Source: Bdellovibrionales bacterium
GTDB taxonomy: Bacteria > Bdellovibrionota > Bdellovibrionia > Bdellovibrionales > DASUEL01
Direction: 5' to 3'
Assembly (NCBI GenBank): GCA_050250255.1
Contig: JBFWOZ010000060.1
Coordinates: forward strand, 1-14,554
DNA: 14,554 nucleotides
Positions 1-8,134 of the stretch are shown here, in pieces. A model generated the notes under the pieces. The model had not been told where the DNA came from. It was given only the letters and a program-made list of their open reading frames with translations, and searched no databases. The stretch's first letter is position 1, and each line of letters starts with the position of its first letter. A program made the position numbers and the translations under genes.

Positions 1-36
1 CTAAGTCAGTAATATTTAAATAAAATTTAAACGGCT

Positions 37-220
37 CCGGTCGATTTCGAACCGGCGGCGTCACACAGGTGACCACACCAAAACACGCTCGTTGGCTTCG
101 TGAAGCCAGATTTTTGGATTCACGAAATCAGTGAGTGCGTCATGAATGCGAACTTTTTGGGCAGAAAACCCGTTTTGCTCAGTTGGTTGAGTAAGTGTCC
201 TCAACCAACTGAGCAGACGG
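37..220 (+). ncRNA. Candidate structured RNA/leader (four hairpins) upstream of the XRE gene
   Basis: Hairpins read by eye: 37-55; 60-73 (GTCAC/GTGAC); 83-140 (long stem with five G.U pairs on the + strand); 170-220 (perfect 16-bp IR TGCTCAGTTGGTTGAG 176-191 / 200-215). No convincing ORF overlaps it. Confidence 0.4.
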
Positions 221-244
221 AAACCTACAAGAAAGGACGCAAAA

Positions 245-592
245 ATGAAACAAAATCGAAATGTCGAAATCACGGGGGAAGTCAAAACGCTAAGGTACAT
301 GCGAATCCAGGCGGGTTTGTCCATGCGACAAGCGGGCCGCCTATTAGGAATTACGGATACGGCTATCAGCCACCTTGAGAATGGGAAAATGAAACTGCCT
401 TTAGCGAGAATCGAACAAATGGTCGTAGCTTATGGAGAAACAATGGATAACTTTTTTAGGACTTCAAGGGCAAAGACATTGCCTTGTACAACAAGAGAGG
501 AATGCGAAAGGCTATTGCGGAGAATTCCCATTGCAAAACTAAGATTAGCTTATGAGGCTCTAAAAAACCTCACTATACTCACTCCCGAATAA
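245..592 (+). CDS. XRE-family helix-turn-helix transcriptional regulator
   Basis: HTH_3 pattern LRYMRIQAGLSMRQAGRLLGITDTAISHLENGK; SD GAAAGGA at 231-237. Confidence 0.88.
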   Translation: MKQNRNVEITGEVKTLRYMRIQAGLSMRQAGRLLGITDTAISHLENGKMKLPLARIEQMVVAYGETMDNFFRTSRAKTLPCTTREECERLLRRIPIAKLRLAYEALKNLTILTPE

Positions 593-628
593 AATTAAAA
601 AAAAGGGGCATCCGTGCGATGCCCCTTT
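593..628. terminator. Bidirectional intrinsic terminator between the XRE and resolvase genes
   Basis: 11-bp stem AAAGGGGCATC (602-612) / GATGCCCCTTT (618-628); the A-run on the left gives a U-tract on the - strand. Confidence 0.85.
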
Positions 629-632
629 GAAA

Positions 633-1358
633 TTAGAAATATAAGCTTATATGATCATCTTCAGGGTCTGTTTTTGTTTTCGCCTCATCTATGGCCGACT
701 CAATCGAAGTTTGGACCTGTTGAACATCTTCGAGTTTCTTTTGTCGCGCAATCTCCTCTTCTTTTTTTATTGCGACCTTTTCTGCGTGAACTGCACCGTG
801 GGAACATTTTGCGATCTCCGCAATTCGTCGGTAAGTCACCTTGGCCTTTAATAGCTTACGAATCAAATCTGAATCGCGAAGCTTTTTCCGCCCAATGTGT
901 TTACCTTTTGCTCGTGCATTTTGAAGGCCTACGCGCACGCGTTCGGCGATCAGATCTCTCTCTAACTGAGAAACAGCAGCTAGAATCGAGAAGATCGCTA
1001 TTCCCACTGGAGTACTCGTATCGATTTTTTCGCTCAACGAGACAAAACCAACATTTTTTACCTTAAATTCAGAGAGCGCATTTAAAAGATGGGTTGTACT
1101 CCTGGCAAATCTACTAAATGCCGGAACTACAACCATTGAGATCTGGTTGTCCCTCACGGCTTGCATCAGTCGATCTAGCCCAGGACGTGATGATTTTGTG
1201 CCGCTTACGTTTTCATCGAGGAAAATCTCGTAGTCCGTAATATTATTTTGCTCAAAATATATTTTGATCACTCGAACTTGAGATTCGAGACCGGTACTTT
1301 GCATATTCGTACTGACCCTACAATAACCGGCAACTTTCTTTTTTTGTGTAAGTATCAT
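633..1358 (-). CDS. Small serine recombinase (resolvase/invertase family)
   Basis: Catalytic YCRVST, then SGTKSSRPGL, SRFARS, ERDLIAERVRVGLQNARAKGKHIGR and a C-terminal HTH (YRRIAEIAKCSHGAV); SD GAAAGGA. Confidence 0.95.
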   Translation of the reverse strand: MILTQKKKVAGYCRVSTNMQSTGLESQVRVIKIYFEQNNITDYEIFLDENVSGTKSSRPGLDRLMQAVRDNQISMVVVPAFSRFARSTTHLLNALSEFKVKNVGFVSLSEKIDTSTPVGIAIFSILAAVSQLERDLIAERVRVGLQNARAKGKHIGRKKLRDSDLIRKLLKAKVTYRRIAEIAKCSHGAVHAEKVAIKKEEEIARQKKLEDVQQVQTSIESAIDEAKTKTDPEDDHISLYF

Positions 1359-1491
1359 TTTTTTCCTTTCCAGCTCGTCGTTCCGAAGAACGGTGCTGAC
1401 AAGAATAGAAATGCAAAAAAAGAAAGACTTTGTGCCATCTGCACAAGTGTTTGAAAGCTAACTCAAATGTCGAACTAATATAATCGAGGGA

Positions 1492-1589
1492 TCTGAAAAA
1501 TGTTTCAGAGGAGAAACACCAGTTTCAAAATTGAAACGTAACCTGCCTCCTCAAATGTTCAGAAAAGGTCAAAGGGCAAAACCTGAACA
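1492..1589. promoter_or_regulatory. Putative res site (cluster of inverted half-sites) upstream of the resolvase
   Basis: TCTGAAA-N4-TTTCAGA (1492-1509), TGTTTC-N6-GAAACA (1501-1518), GTTTCAA-N2-TTGAAAC (1522-1537) and TGTTCAG-N20-CTGAACA (1556-1589) share a TGTT(T)CA-like half-site. Confidence 0.5.
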
Positions 1590-1654
1590 CGCCGGCTCGT
1601 TGGAGAGCGTCCTCATGACCACACAGATTTGCTCAAATGGATCTGGAAAATACG

Positions 1655-1674
1655 CTAGGTCCGTACGGACCTAG
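1655..1674. repeat. Perfect 20-bp palindrome CTAGGTCCGTACGGACCTAG (possible terminator or binding site)
   Basis: Exactly self-complementary; ~30 nt downstream of the stop of the 1703-2137 gene; weak U-tract on the - strand. Confidence 0.7.
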
Positions 1675-1702
1675 GCTCAAAAATAAGTGGTTTAATCTCC
1701 AG

Positions 1703-2137
1703 CTATCTTACTGTGCAGATCAAATAACCTGTATCAGCATCATCTGGTTGGTTAGAAGAACTATAAGCACATACGTTCTTAACATCTTTTCCTGTATAGC
1801 CTTTTGTTTTCAAGTATGAATTACTTTTTTCCCAATTCGTTGATCTATTGAGATGGAACACGACTTGAACCAGTCCTTCTGTCCCGCTTGTTACAAATAG
1901 TGGACAACCACCTATTTTTCCACCCGAGGTATTTGGGTTTTGAAATTGGTAAAGACGTGGGCGCACTCCAGAGTATCCTCTAACTTCATAATCAGGCATA
2001 ATAGTCTTTAAGACGAGCTCTTCCTTAGGTGCTACTAACAATCCACGAGAAAAATACTCAACACACTCGAACGTGTCCGCGGCTTTGGCTGTTGAAATCG
2101 TTAGCATCAAGACAAAAAACGTCATCAATATCTTCAT
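1703..2137 (-). CDS. Secreted hypothetical protein, 144 aa
   Basis: Start moved to ATG 2137 (SD AGGAGA at 2142-2147); signal peptide MKILMTFFVLMLTISTAKA; 4 Cys in the mature region; no recognisable family. Confidence 0.75.
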   Translation of the reverse strand: MKILMTFFVLMLTISTAKAADTFECVEYFSRGLLVAPKEELVLKTIMPDYEVRGYSGVRPRLYQFQNPNTSGGKIGGCPLFVTSGTEGLVQVVFHLNRSTNWEKSNSYLKTKGYTGKDVKNVCAYSSSNQPDDADTGYLICTVR

Positions 2138-2285
2138 AAAATCTCCTAAATTGCATTTGCTTTCAATCAATCAAAAGAACTGCAGGTTGTAGGCCATAAA
2201 ATTGTCCGCCGCGTGGAGGGTCGCTAATAGCTAAGCCGATGATTCTAAACTTAATCATTTGGTGCTGGAGCGAGATCGGCGGTAG

Positions 2286-2408
2286 CTTGTAGCCCGTCTT
2301 GCGAGATATTTTAAACTCTCGGCAAATCTCAGACATCTTCTCACCCTCCATGAGTCGGGCGATAAATCTTAACTTCTCATCCATGACGCTACACTCCTTC
2401 CATGGCAT
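2286..2408 (-). pseudogene. IS481 transposase N-terminal HTH fragment (41 codons)
   Basis: MPWKECSVMDEKLRFIARLMEGEKMSEICREFKISRKTGYK is a typical IS481 N-terminus. The ORF then runs into unrelated sequence (stop at 2163) and has no DDE domain. Confidence 0.88.
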
Positions 2409-2481
2409 AGACTTTCCTCCTATGCCAAAAGTGTAACCTATGTGTCCGGTACAAAATGTAACCTATGAGCCGGAACGCTCA
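2286..2481 (-). mobile_element. IS481-family left end with truncated transposase
   Basis: Tandem terminal repeats TGTAACCTATGTGTCCGGTACA (2432-2453) and TGTAACCTATGAGCCGGAACGCTCA (2457-2481), followed on the - strand by SD AGGAGG and the transposase start. Confidence 0.85.
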
Positions 2482-2492
2482 TCTTCTCCCTA

Positions 2493-2601
2493 TAAAAATC
2501 TTTGTGCCAAAAAGCTCAGACAGTCCTCGCTCGGGGGCTTTTGTCTTTTGCTTCACATTGAGAAGACGCTGTGGAACTCGTTTTTGGCACAAAGATTTTT
2601 A
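2493..2601. repeat. 109-bp element with perfect 21-bp terminal inverted repeats (MITE/REPIN-like or structured RNA)
   Basis: TAAAAATCTTTGTGCCAAAAA (2493-2513) / TTTTTGGCACAAAGATTTTTA (2581-2601); imperfect extension to about 2482/2615. Confidence 0.75.
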
Positions 2602-2735
2602 AAAAGGGCGGAAGAAAATAAATTCGGTGCTCCTTGCAGTGAGGAAAAGAGGAGAGACGATCTTCGGCGATTGGGGTTGCCACCGCTACGCTTTTTTATC
2701 TACAGTTGGTTTTCGGCTTTGCACACCAGAAAGAA

Positions 2736-4325
2736 ATGCTTTTGTTAGAAACTCAAAATTCTTCTTACGACTCTAAGAACTCGGATCAAAATATTCATGC
2801 TATTTTGCAGAGTCGGTTTGGCCTAAAAACTTTTCGTAAGGGTCAGCTCGACATTATAAAATCTGTTTTGAATCGCAAAGATGCACTTGCGGTGATGCCC
2901 ACGGGTGGGGGCAAATCGCTTTGTTATCAGTTGCCTGCGGTCTTTTTTAACAATCTCGTCATTGTCATTTCGCCTTTGATTGCCTTAATGAAAGATCAAG
3001 TGCGTTTGCTAAACTCTATAGGGATTGCGGCTGGGCACGTACATTCAGGGCAAAGCCTTGCGGAAAAACGAAAAGTTTTTTCTGACATGAACAAAGGTGG
3101 CGCTTTTGTTTTGTATCTGTCGCCGGAGCGTGTGCAAAAACCAGGGTTTGTCGATTGGATTAAAAAACAAAATGTCAGTTTATTTGCCATCGATGAAGCT
3201 CATTGCGTGTCGCAATGGGGGCCAGACTTTCGCGAAGACTTTCATAAGTTAGGTCTTCTTCGTAAAATGAAGCCCGATGTTCCAATTCTTGCTTTAACGG
3301 CCACCGCGACACCTGCGGTTTTGAAAGATGTCGGTTACCAGCTGCGGTTGCAAAAGCCAGATCGTCATATTCATGGCTTCTATCGTCCTAATTTATTTTA
3401 TCAAGTGGAAACCTGTTTAGATGATGATTACAAATTTCGTTTTTTAAAAAATGCGATTTCAAAAACCCCTGAGGGGCGTATTTTAATCTACTGTGGGACT
3501 CGTCAGAATGCCGAAACTATAGCGGAACAGCTTTCAGAGAGTTTTCTAGGTGTAGGATTTTATCACGCAGGTCTTGGTGCCGAAACACGCAAAGAGATTC
3601 AAGAGAAGTTTGATCGTAATGAGATGCGAATTCTTACCGCCACCAATGCTTTTGGGATGGGCATTGATTACCCTAACGTGCGGCTCGTTGTTCATTACCA
3701 AATGCCCGCAAATATAGAGTCTTTTTATCAAGAAATGGGTCGAGCGGGGCGTGATGGTGTAATGTCTCGCTGTCTGTTGCTCTATTCTAAAAAAGACAAA
3801 GGGCTTCAGTCTTATTTTATTCAACAGTCCCAAGCCGCTCATGACGTGATTCAACGTCGTTGGGATTGTCTAAACGCCATGACTCAGTTTGCAGAATCTC
3901 ATGAATGTCGCCATGAGGGCATTTTAACTTACTTCAAAGATTCGGAACGTATCAATTCCTGCGGTCACTGCGATGTGTGTGCGCCAACTGCGATCTGGGT
4001 GGTAGAAAAACCAACGCTGTTATCGCGCGGGACATTTAAAGAGAAATCCAAATTAAAAAAATCAAGCTTACCTAAGAAAAGAAATAGTTTTGAAATAGAA
4101 AACTCCGAAGCGGAAGCTCGTAAGATCCTATTAAAAGACTGGCGACGAGAGTACGCAAAAGAACACGACATGCCTACTTTTATCGTCTTTAGTGACCGTA
4201 CTCTCATTGATTTAGCAAATAAAAATCCTTCAACACTAGATGAGCTTGGAACGGTCTTTGGTTTTGGCCCCGCAAAAACGGAGTTACTAGGGCCCATTAT
4301 ATTGCAACAGCTTGGCCACTCATAA
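2736..4325 (+). CDS. recQ: ATP-dependent DNA helicase RecQ (with HRDC domain)
   Basis: MPTGGGKS, DEAH, SQWGPDFR, TATA, YHAG, ATNAFGMGID, QEMGRAGRDG, Zn site CRH...CGHCDVC and a C-terminal HRDC. Start uncertain (TTG 2706 or ATG 2736). Confidence 0.96.
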   Translation: MLLLETQNSSYDSKNSDQNIHAILQSRFGLKTFRKGQLDIIKSVLNRKDALAVMPTGGGKSLCYQLPAVFFNNLVIVISPLIALMKDQVRLLNSIGIAAGHVHSGQSLAEKRKVFSDMNKGGAFVLYLSPERVQKPGFVDWIKKQNVSLFAIDEAHCVSQWGPDFREDFHKLGLLRKMKPDVPILALTATATPAVLKDVGYQLRLQKPDRHIHGFYRPNLFYQVETCLDDDYKFRFLKNAISKTPEGRILIYCGTRQNAETIAEQLSESFLGVGFYHAGLGAETRKEIQEKFDRNEMRILTATNAFGMGIDYPNVRLVVHYQMPANIESFYQEMGRAGRDGVMSRCLLLYSKKDKGLQSYFIQQSQAAHDVIQRRWDCLNAMTQFAESHECRHEGILTYFKDSERINSCGHCDVCAPTAIWVVEKPTLLSRGTFKEKSKLKKSSLPKKRNSFEIENSEAEARKILLKDWRREYAKEHDMPTFIVFSDRTLIDLANKNPSTLDELGTVFGFGPAKTELLGPIILQQLGHS

Positions 4326-4398
4326 AACCAGCCCTAACTATTTTACATTTATGGCGTTGTTTCTAACTGCTTTCGCCATTTCTTCCTATAATGGACGA

Positions 4399-5193
4399 AT
4401 GCAAAAATATCTCATTCTCTTTGCAATCGTTTTTAGTTTTTCTATAAACGTGTTTTCTTCCGAACAGACAATTCGCTATTACTTCGAAGCTCCTCTGAAT
4501 GAACAAGAGCTGACTCAAAATATGTACACGAGACTTTCTTTTCTACGTGAGTCTGTAAAAAGAAATTGGAATACACCGGTCGATGTTCAGCAAATTTCTG
4601 TGGACCGTGTTCAATTTCTTGATTGTGAGGAAGCTGTTCTTGGTGGTGCCACCGCTTTAAGAAAGAATTATCTCGAGGGTCTTCAAAAAGGTTTAGCGTG
4701 TCTTTCAAGCATAGACCAGAGTCGTCGTGCTGATGCGAAAGCTTATTTTGCGCTCCTTACAGAACTAAAAACTCCCATCACTTTCTTTTGTCATAAAGGT
4801 GAGGATGTGAAGTTTTCTTCATTTACTGAAATGCCTGTGAAAAATGAATTAGGTGAGATCACTTCCTGGAAATTTGCTTACCCCGGTGTGACCAACAAAT
4901 GGTTCGGTGGCACCTTTGGCATAGCGATGGCCACAAAGATGGGCTACACGCGTTGGCCCTCTGCTGTGATTAGCATTGCGGCAATTGAGTATCAGCAAGC
5001 GCGCGGCAACGTCGTCAATATTTCCAAAACGCTATTTCACGAGGGTATGCATTGGCTCGGTTATTTTCATAAAGATTTTCTTTCGCAAGATCCAGATCTC
5101 ACAATCGATGCGGCGGACTGTTGCATAGAGCAAGATGTGAAGGCTTGTCAGCGCTTGCATTCCGCACCTTATGATCCAAGCCCCTATCTATAA
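4399..5193 (+). CDS. Secreted putative zinc metalloprotease (HExxHxxGxxH)
   Basis: Signal peptide MQKYLILFAIVFSFSINVFS; motif HEGMHWLGYFH. Start moved from 4312, which overlaps recQ, to ATG 4399. Confidence 0.7.
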   Translation: MQKYLILFAIVFSFSINVFSSEQTIRYYFEAPLNEQELTQNMYTRLSFLRESVKRNWNTPVDVQQISVDRVQFLDCEEAVLGGATALRKNYLEGLQKGLACLSSIDQSRRADAKAYFALLTELKTPITFFCHKGEDVKFSSFTEMPVKNELGEITSWKFAYPGVTNKWFGGTFGIAMATKMGYTRWPSAVISIAAIEYQQARGNVVNISKTLFHEGMHWLGYFHKDFLSQDPDLTIDAADCCIEQDVKACQRLHSAPYDPSPYL

Positions 5194-5262
5194 GGAAGCT
5201 GGCAAAAGAATGGGTATCATGGACGAAGCTTTGTGGGGAATTGTCGCCTTTTTAGACAAGTA

Positions 5263-6282
5263 TTATTTAGAGCTTCTAACAAACCAATCAAGTATTAGCT
5301 TCATCTGATTTCGCCACGAGATCCAATCGTGCGCAGTAAGAGTGGCGACGAGCTCGTTTGTTAAATTATTTCTGTCTAGAAAAGTTTTAAACTTCTGTGA
5401 GCCGGTGAGGATTTTCTCGTTTTCAAATATCCCGTAGGTAAGAAAAAATCGGGGAGAATTTGTTCGATGGGTAACAAGCATTTCAAGTTCCGGATCCACA
5501 TACCAAAAAGCTCCTGATTGACAGACGACAAAGCCAAAATCCGAAGTCACAAGCCCTGTGCGTGCGCTCGATAAGCCACCCAAAGATGGTCCAATCATCA
5601 CTCTTTTTTCGCGCGAACCTCCAGCGAACACGTGAGATTCCACATAAGGAACCGCTGTCTGTGAGATGAAGTTATCAAGGGAATTTTTCTGCACACTCCC
5701 GTATTCCCTTTCTCTTTCAATAGGTGAGATGAAAACGGCGGCAAAAGCTTTGCCTGTTGAGAGATAGTAGTTGGTCAAAATATTTTGAAGGAATGCAAAA
5801 TTTAAATAATCACCACCATCATTGAAATAGATAATGGGAATTCTCTGAGTGGGTAAAAAAGGTGGAGCAAGTACAGTAATGTCACGAGTTGTATTTTGAA
5901 ATGGGAGACGCACGGTCGACTGAATCCACAGGGAAGAGTTTGGCGGAGCTAAGAGCGGGCTTTCTTTGAAGCTAGTCAGATAGACAGAATTTAATCCGCC
6001 ATGTCCGTCAGGAGAAGATTTAGGATTATTTAAATCCTGCTGCCATTTTCCATCAACCACAAATTTATAACTGAAAGAGGGTGTCCAGGGAGTGGGGATC
6101 GTTAGTGAGTAAGTGCCAGGTGTGACTTCTTGGAAAGGCTTCGAATAAGTTCTCCAATTCATCAGGGAGCTTGCTAAGAAGACTTGCTGTTTTTGAATCC
6201 CTGTTTTTAAATGAAACGTGATTGAAGAAGAAGCGCTTGCTAAACTTGAAATAAAAATGAAGATGGCAAAGACAAATCGCAT
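5263..6282 (-). CDS. Secreted CBM48/AMPK-beta-like domain plus alpha/beta-hydrolase (Fes-like esterase)
   Basis: Signal peptide; YKFVVDGKWQQDLNNP...DGHGGLNS glycogen-binding-type signature; IIYFNDG, nucleophile elbow GPSLGG, QSGAFW and catalytic His in AHDWISW. Confidence 0.85.
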   Translation of the reverse strand: MRFVFAIFIFISSLASASSSITFHLKTGIQKQQVFLASSLMNWRTYSKPFQEVTPGTYSLTIPTPWTPSFSYKFVVDGKWQQDLNNPKSSPDGHGGLNSVYLTSFKESPLLAPPNSSLWIQSTVRLPFQNTTRDITVLAPPFLPTQRIPIIYFNDGGDYLNFAFLQNILTNYYLSTGKAFAAVFISPIEREREYGSVQKNSLDNFISQTAVPYVESHVFAGGSREKRVMIGPSLGGLSSARTGLVTSDFGFVVCQSGAFWYVDPELEMLVTHRTNSPRFFLTYGIFENEKILTGSQKFKTFLDRNNLTNELVATLTAHDWISWRNQMKLILDWFVRSSK

Positions 6283-6432
6283 CTCATCTGTTTACAGAGA
6301 ACAAGCTTAAAAATCGAGCATGAATATTACGCGCTGTAGACACAAAAGCTAAGGCATCTTTATTGCTTTAACAAAATGAGAAATTCAGTAAAGTGTTCAG
6401 GTGTCACCACGACATCATCAAAAGGGGGAGTC

Positions 6433-7929
6433 ATGTTGAAGTCTGTTTTGTTTATATTAAGTTTAATGGTTCTTGGAAGCGCGATCGCCGCCGAACAAGA
6501 GCTCACGCATGGTGACCTTTTGGCATCAGTAAGTGCTGATGGAGCCATGGAGCATCTCATAGCATTCCAAAAAATTGCGGATGAAAATAATGGCAATCGT
6601 TCCGCGGGAACTCGCGGTCACGAATTATCAGCAAACTATGTCGCACAAAAATTGATGGCGGCAGGTTACGAAGTGAAGCTTCATGCTTTTAATTTTGAAA
6701 AATTCAGCAAAATAGCTCCTGGAATGATGGAGTTACGAACTCCTACTCAGATTAAGTATGAAGAGGGCAAGCAGTTTGGTGTGATGACTTACAGTCCTTC
6801 AGGCGAAATAACGGCCGCTGTCACTGCGGTGGATGTGATGCTTGGACCTGACAACAAAAGTACAAGCGGTTGCGAAGCCCAAGACTTTGCGAACTTCCCA
6901 CGTGGGAACATTGCTTTGATTCAACGTGGAACTTGCCCGTTTGGTCAAAAGGCAAAAAATGCAATGGCGGCCGGCGCTTCGGGTGCAATTATCTTTAATC
7001 AAGGGGATCAAGAGTCTCGTAAAGAGTTATTGATTGGAACCCTCAGCGCTGATCGAGTGACCATTCCGGTGGTTGCAACAACTTATGATGTTGGTGCGAG
7101 CTTAGTTCAGGCACAAAATCCTACAGTTTATCTTCAAACATCGACAAAGATTGAACAGCTTCAAAGTTACAACGTGATTGCGGATTCAAAAACGGGTAAT
7201 CCAAACAACATTGTTGCCATCGGTGCGCATTTAGATGGTGTGGATGAGGGCCCAGGCATGAACGACAACGGATCGGGAAGCGCTGGTATTCTTGAAGTCG
7301 CATTAAAAATGCGCAACCTTATGCCGAACAACAAACTTCGTTTTGCATGGTGGAGTGCTGAAGAGCTAGGGCTTGTGGGTTCCACAAAGTATGTTGAGTC
7401 TTTATCCGCAGAAGAGAAGGCGAAAATTGCTCTCTACCTCAATTTTGATATGATTGCCTCTCCCAATTACATCTTAGGCGTTTACGATGGAGATGGATCA
7501 AAAACTCCACCTTCAGGGCCTGCGGGTTCAGGTGCTATCGAAAAACTCTTCCATATGTTTTTTAGTGTGTACGGACCTGGAAGTGTCGAGACTCCGATGA
7601 ACGGACGTTCTGATTATGCGGCGTTTGCGACAGCTGGTATTCCTGTTGGCGGAACTTTTACGGGAGCCGAAGGCACAAAGACAGAAGAAGAGGCCAGACT
7701 CTTTGGCGGTACGGCTGGCGAAGCTTACGATAAGTGTTATCACAAGGCTTGCGACAATATGACGAATCTTAACACTCAGGCGCTTGAGATTAATACGGAT
7801 GCGATTGCCTTTATGGCGTTAACCTACGGTCACTCAACGTCGTCTGTGCCGCGAAGTTCATTTAGTTCTGGTTTCACTCCATCAAAATCACTTCACATTG
7901 ATGGCGTGGGCGAGGCTTTCTTAGAATAA
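6433..7929 (+). CDS. Secreted M28 aminopeptidase with PA domain (PaAP/SGAP-like)
   Basis: SD GGGGAG before ATG 6433; signal peptide; PA domain IALIQRGTCPFGQKAKNA; M28 motifs GAHLD, NDNGSGS, AEELGLVGS, LNFDMI, RSDY, YHKACD. Confidence 0.95.
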   Translation: MLKSVLFILSLMVLGSAIAAEQELTHGDLLASVSADGAMEHLIAFQKIADENNGNRSAGTRGHELSANYVAQKLMAAGYEVKLHAFNFEKFSKIAPGMMELRTPTQIKYEEGKQFGVMTYSPSGEITAAVTAVDVMLGPDNKSTSGCEAQDFANFPRGNIALIQRGTCPFGQKAKNAMAAGASGAIIFNQGDQESRKELLIGTLSADRVTIPVVATTYDVGASLVQAQNPTVYLQTSTKIEQLQSYNVIADSKTGNPNNIVAIGAHLDGVDEGPGMNDNGSGSAGILEVALKMRNLMPNNKLRFAWWSAEELGLVGSTKYVESLSAEEKAKIALYLNFDMIASPNYILGVYDGDGSKTPPSGPAGSGAIEKLFHMFFSVYGPGSVETPMNGRSDYAAFATAGIPVGGTFTGAEGTKTEEEARLFGGTAGEAYDKCYHKACDNMTNLNTQALEINTDAIAFMALTYGHSTSSVPRSSFSSGFTPSKSLHIDGVGEAFLE

Positions 7930-7953
7930 ACGTTCTTTTAAACGGTATTTGTG

Positions 7954-7984
7954 AAAAAGGACTCAGCAATGAGTCCTTTTTTTT
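7954..7984 (+). terminator. Rho-independent terminator
   Basis: AAAAAGGACTCA-GCAA-TGAGTCCTTTTT, with the T-run extending to 7984. Confidence 0.92.
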
Positions 7985-8077
7985 GAGTTGTCATTTGTTT
8001 CGCAAGAACCTCCCTTCATTTTTCATGATCCGCTATCTGTACTTCACCTAAGGTCGGGTTCGGTTTATTTGGAACCT

Positions 8078-8111
8078 TCCCCAGCATGGGATTTGTACTC
8101 CTAACATGGGA
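8078..8111. promoter_or_regulatory. Tandem palindromic operator-like sites upstream of the XRE gene
   Basis: CCCA-GCA-TGGG (8080-8090) and TCCTA-ACA-TGGGA (8099-8111), exactly 20 bp apart. Confidence 0.6.
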
Positions 8112-8134
8112 ATTTGCTCGATAGAGAGGTTTCG

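Noticed and set aside
61..378. ORFs 61-324 (-) and 100-378 (+)
   Set aside because: They overlap the XRE gene and the hairpin region and have no motifs or SD.
2432..2481. CRISPR-like repeats
   Set aside because: Only two copies 3 nt apart, explained as IS481 terminal repeats; no cas genes.
2493..2601. Retron msr-msd bounded by a1/a2 repeats
   Set aside because: No reverse transcriptase in the window.
2440..2748. 102-aa ORF across the IS end and IR element
   Set aside because: It is built from repeat sequence and has no protein features.
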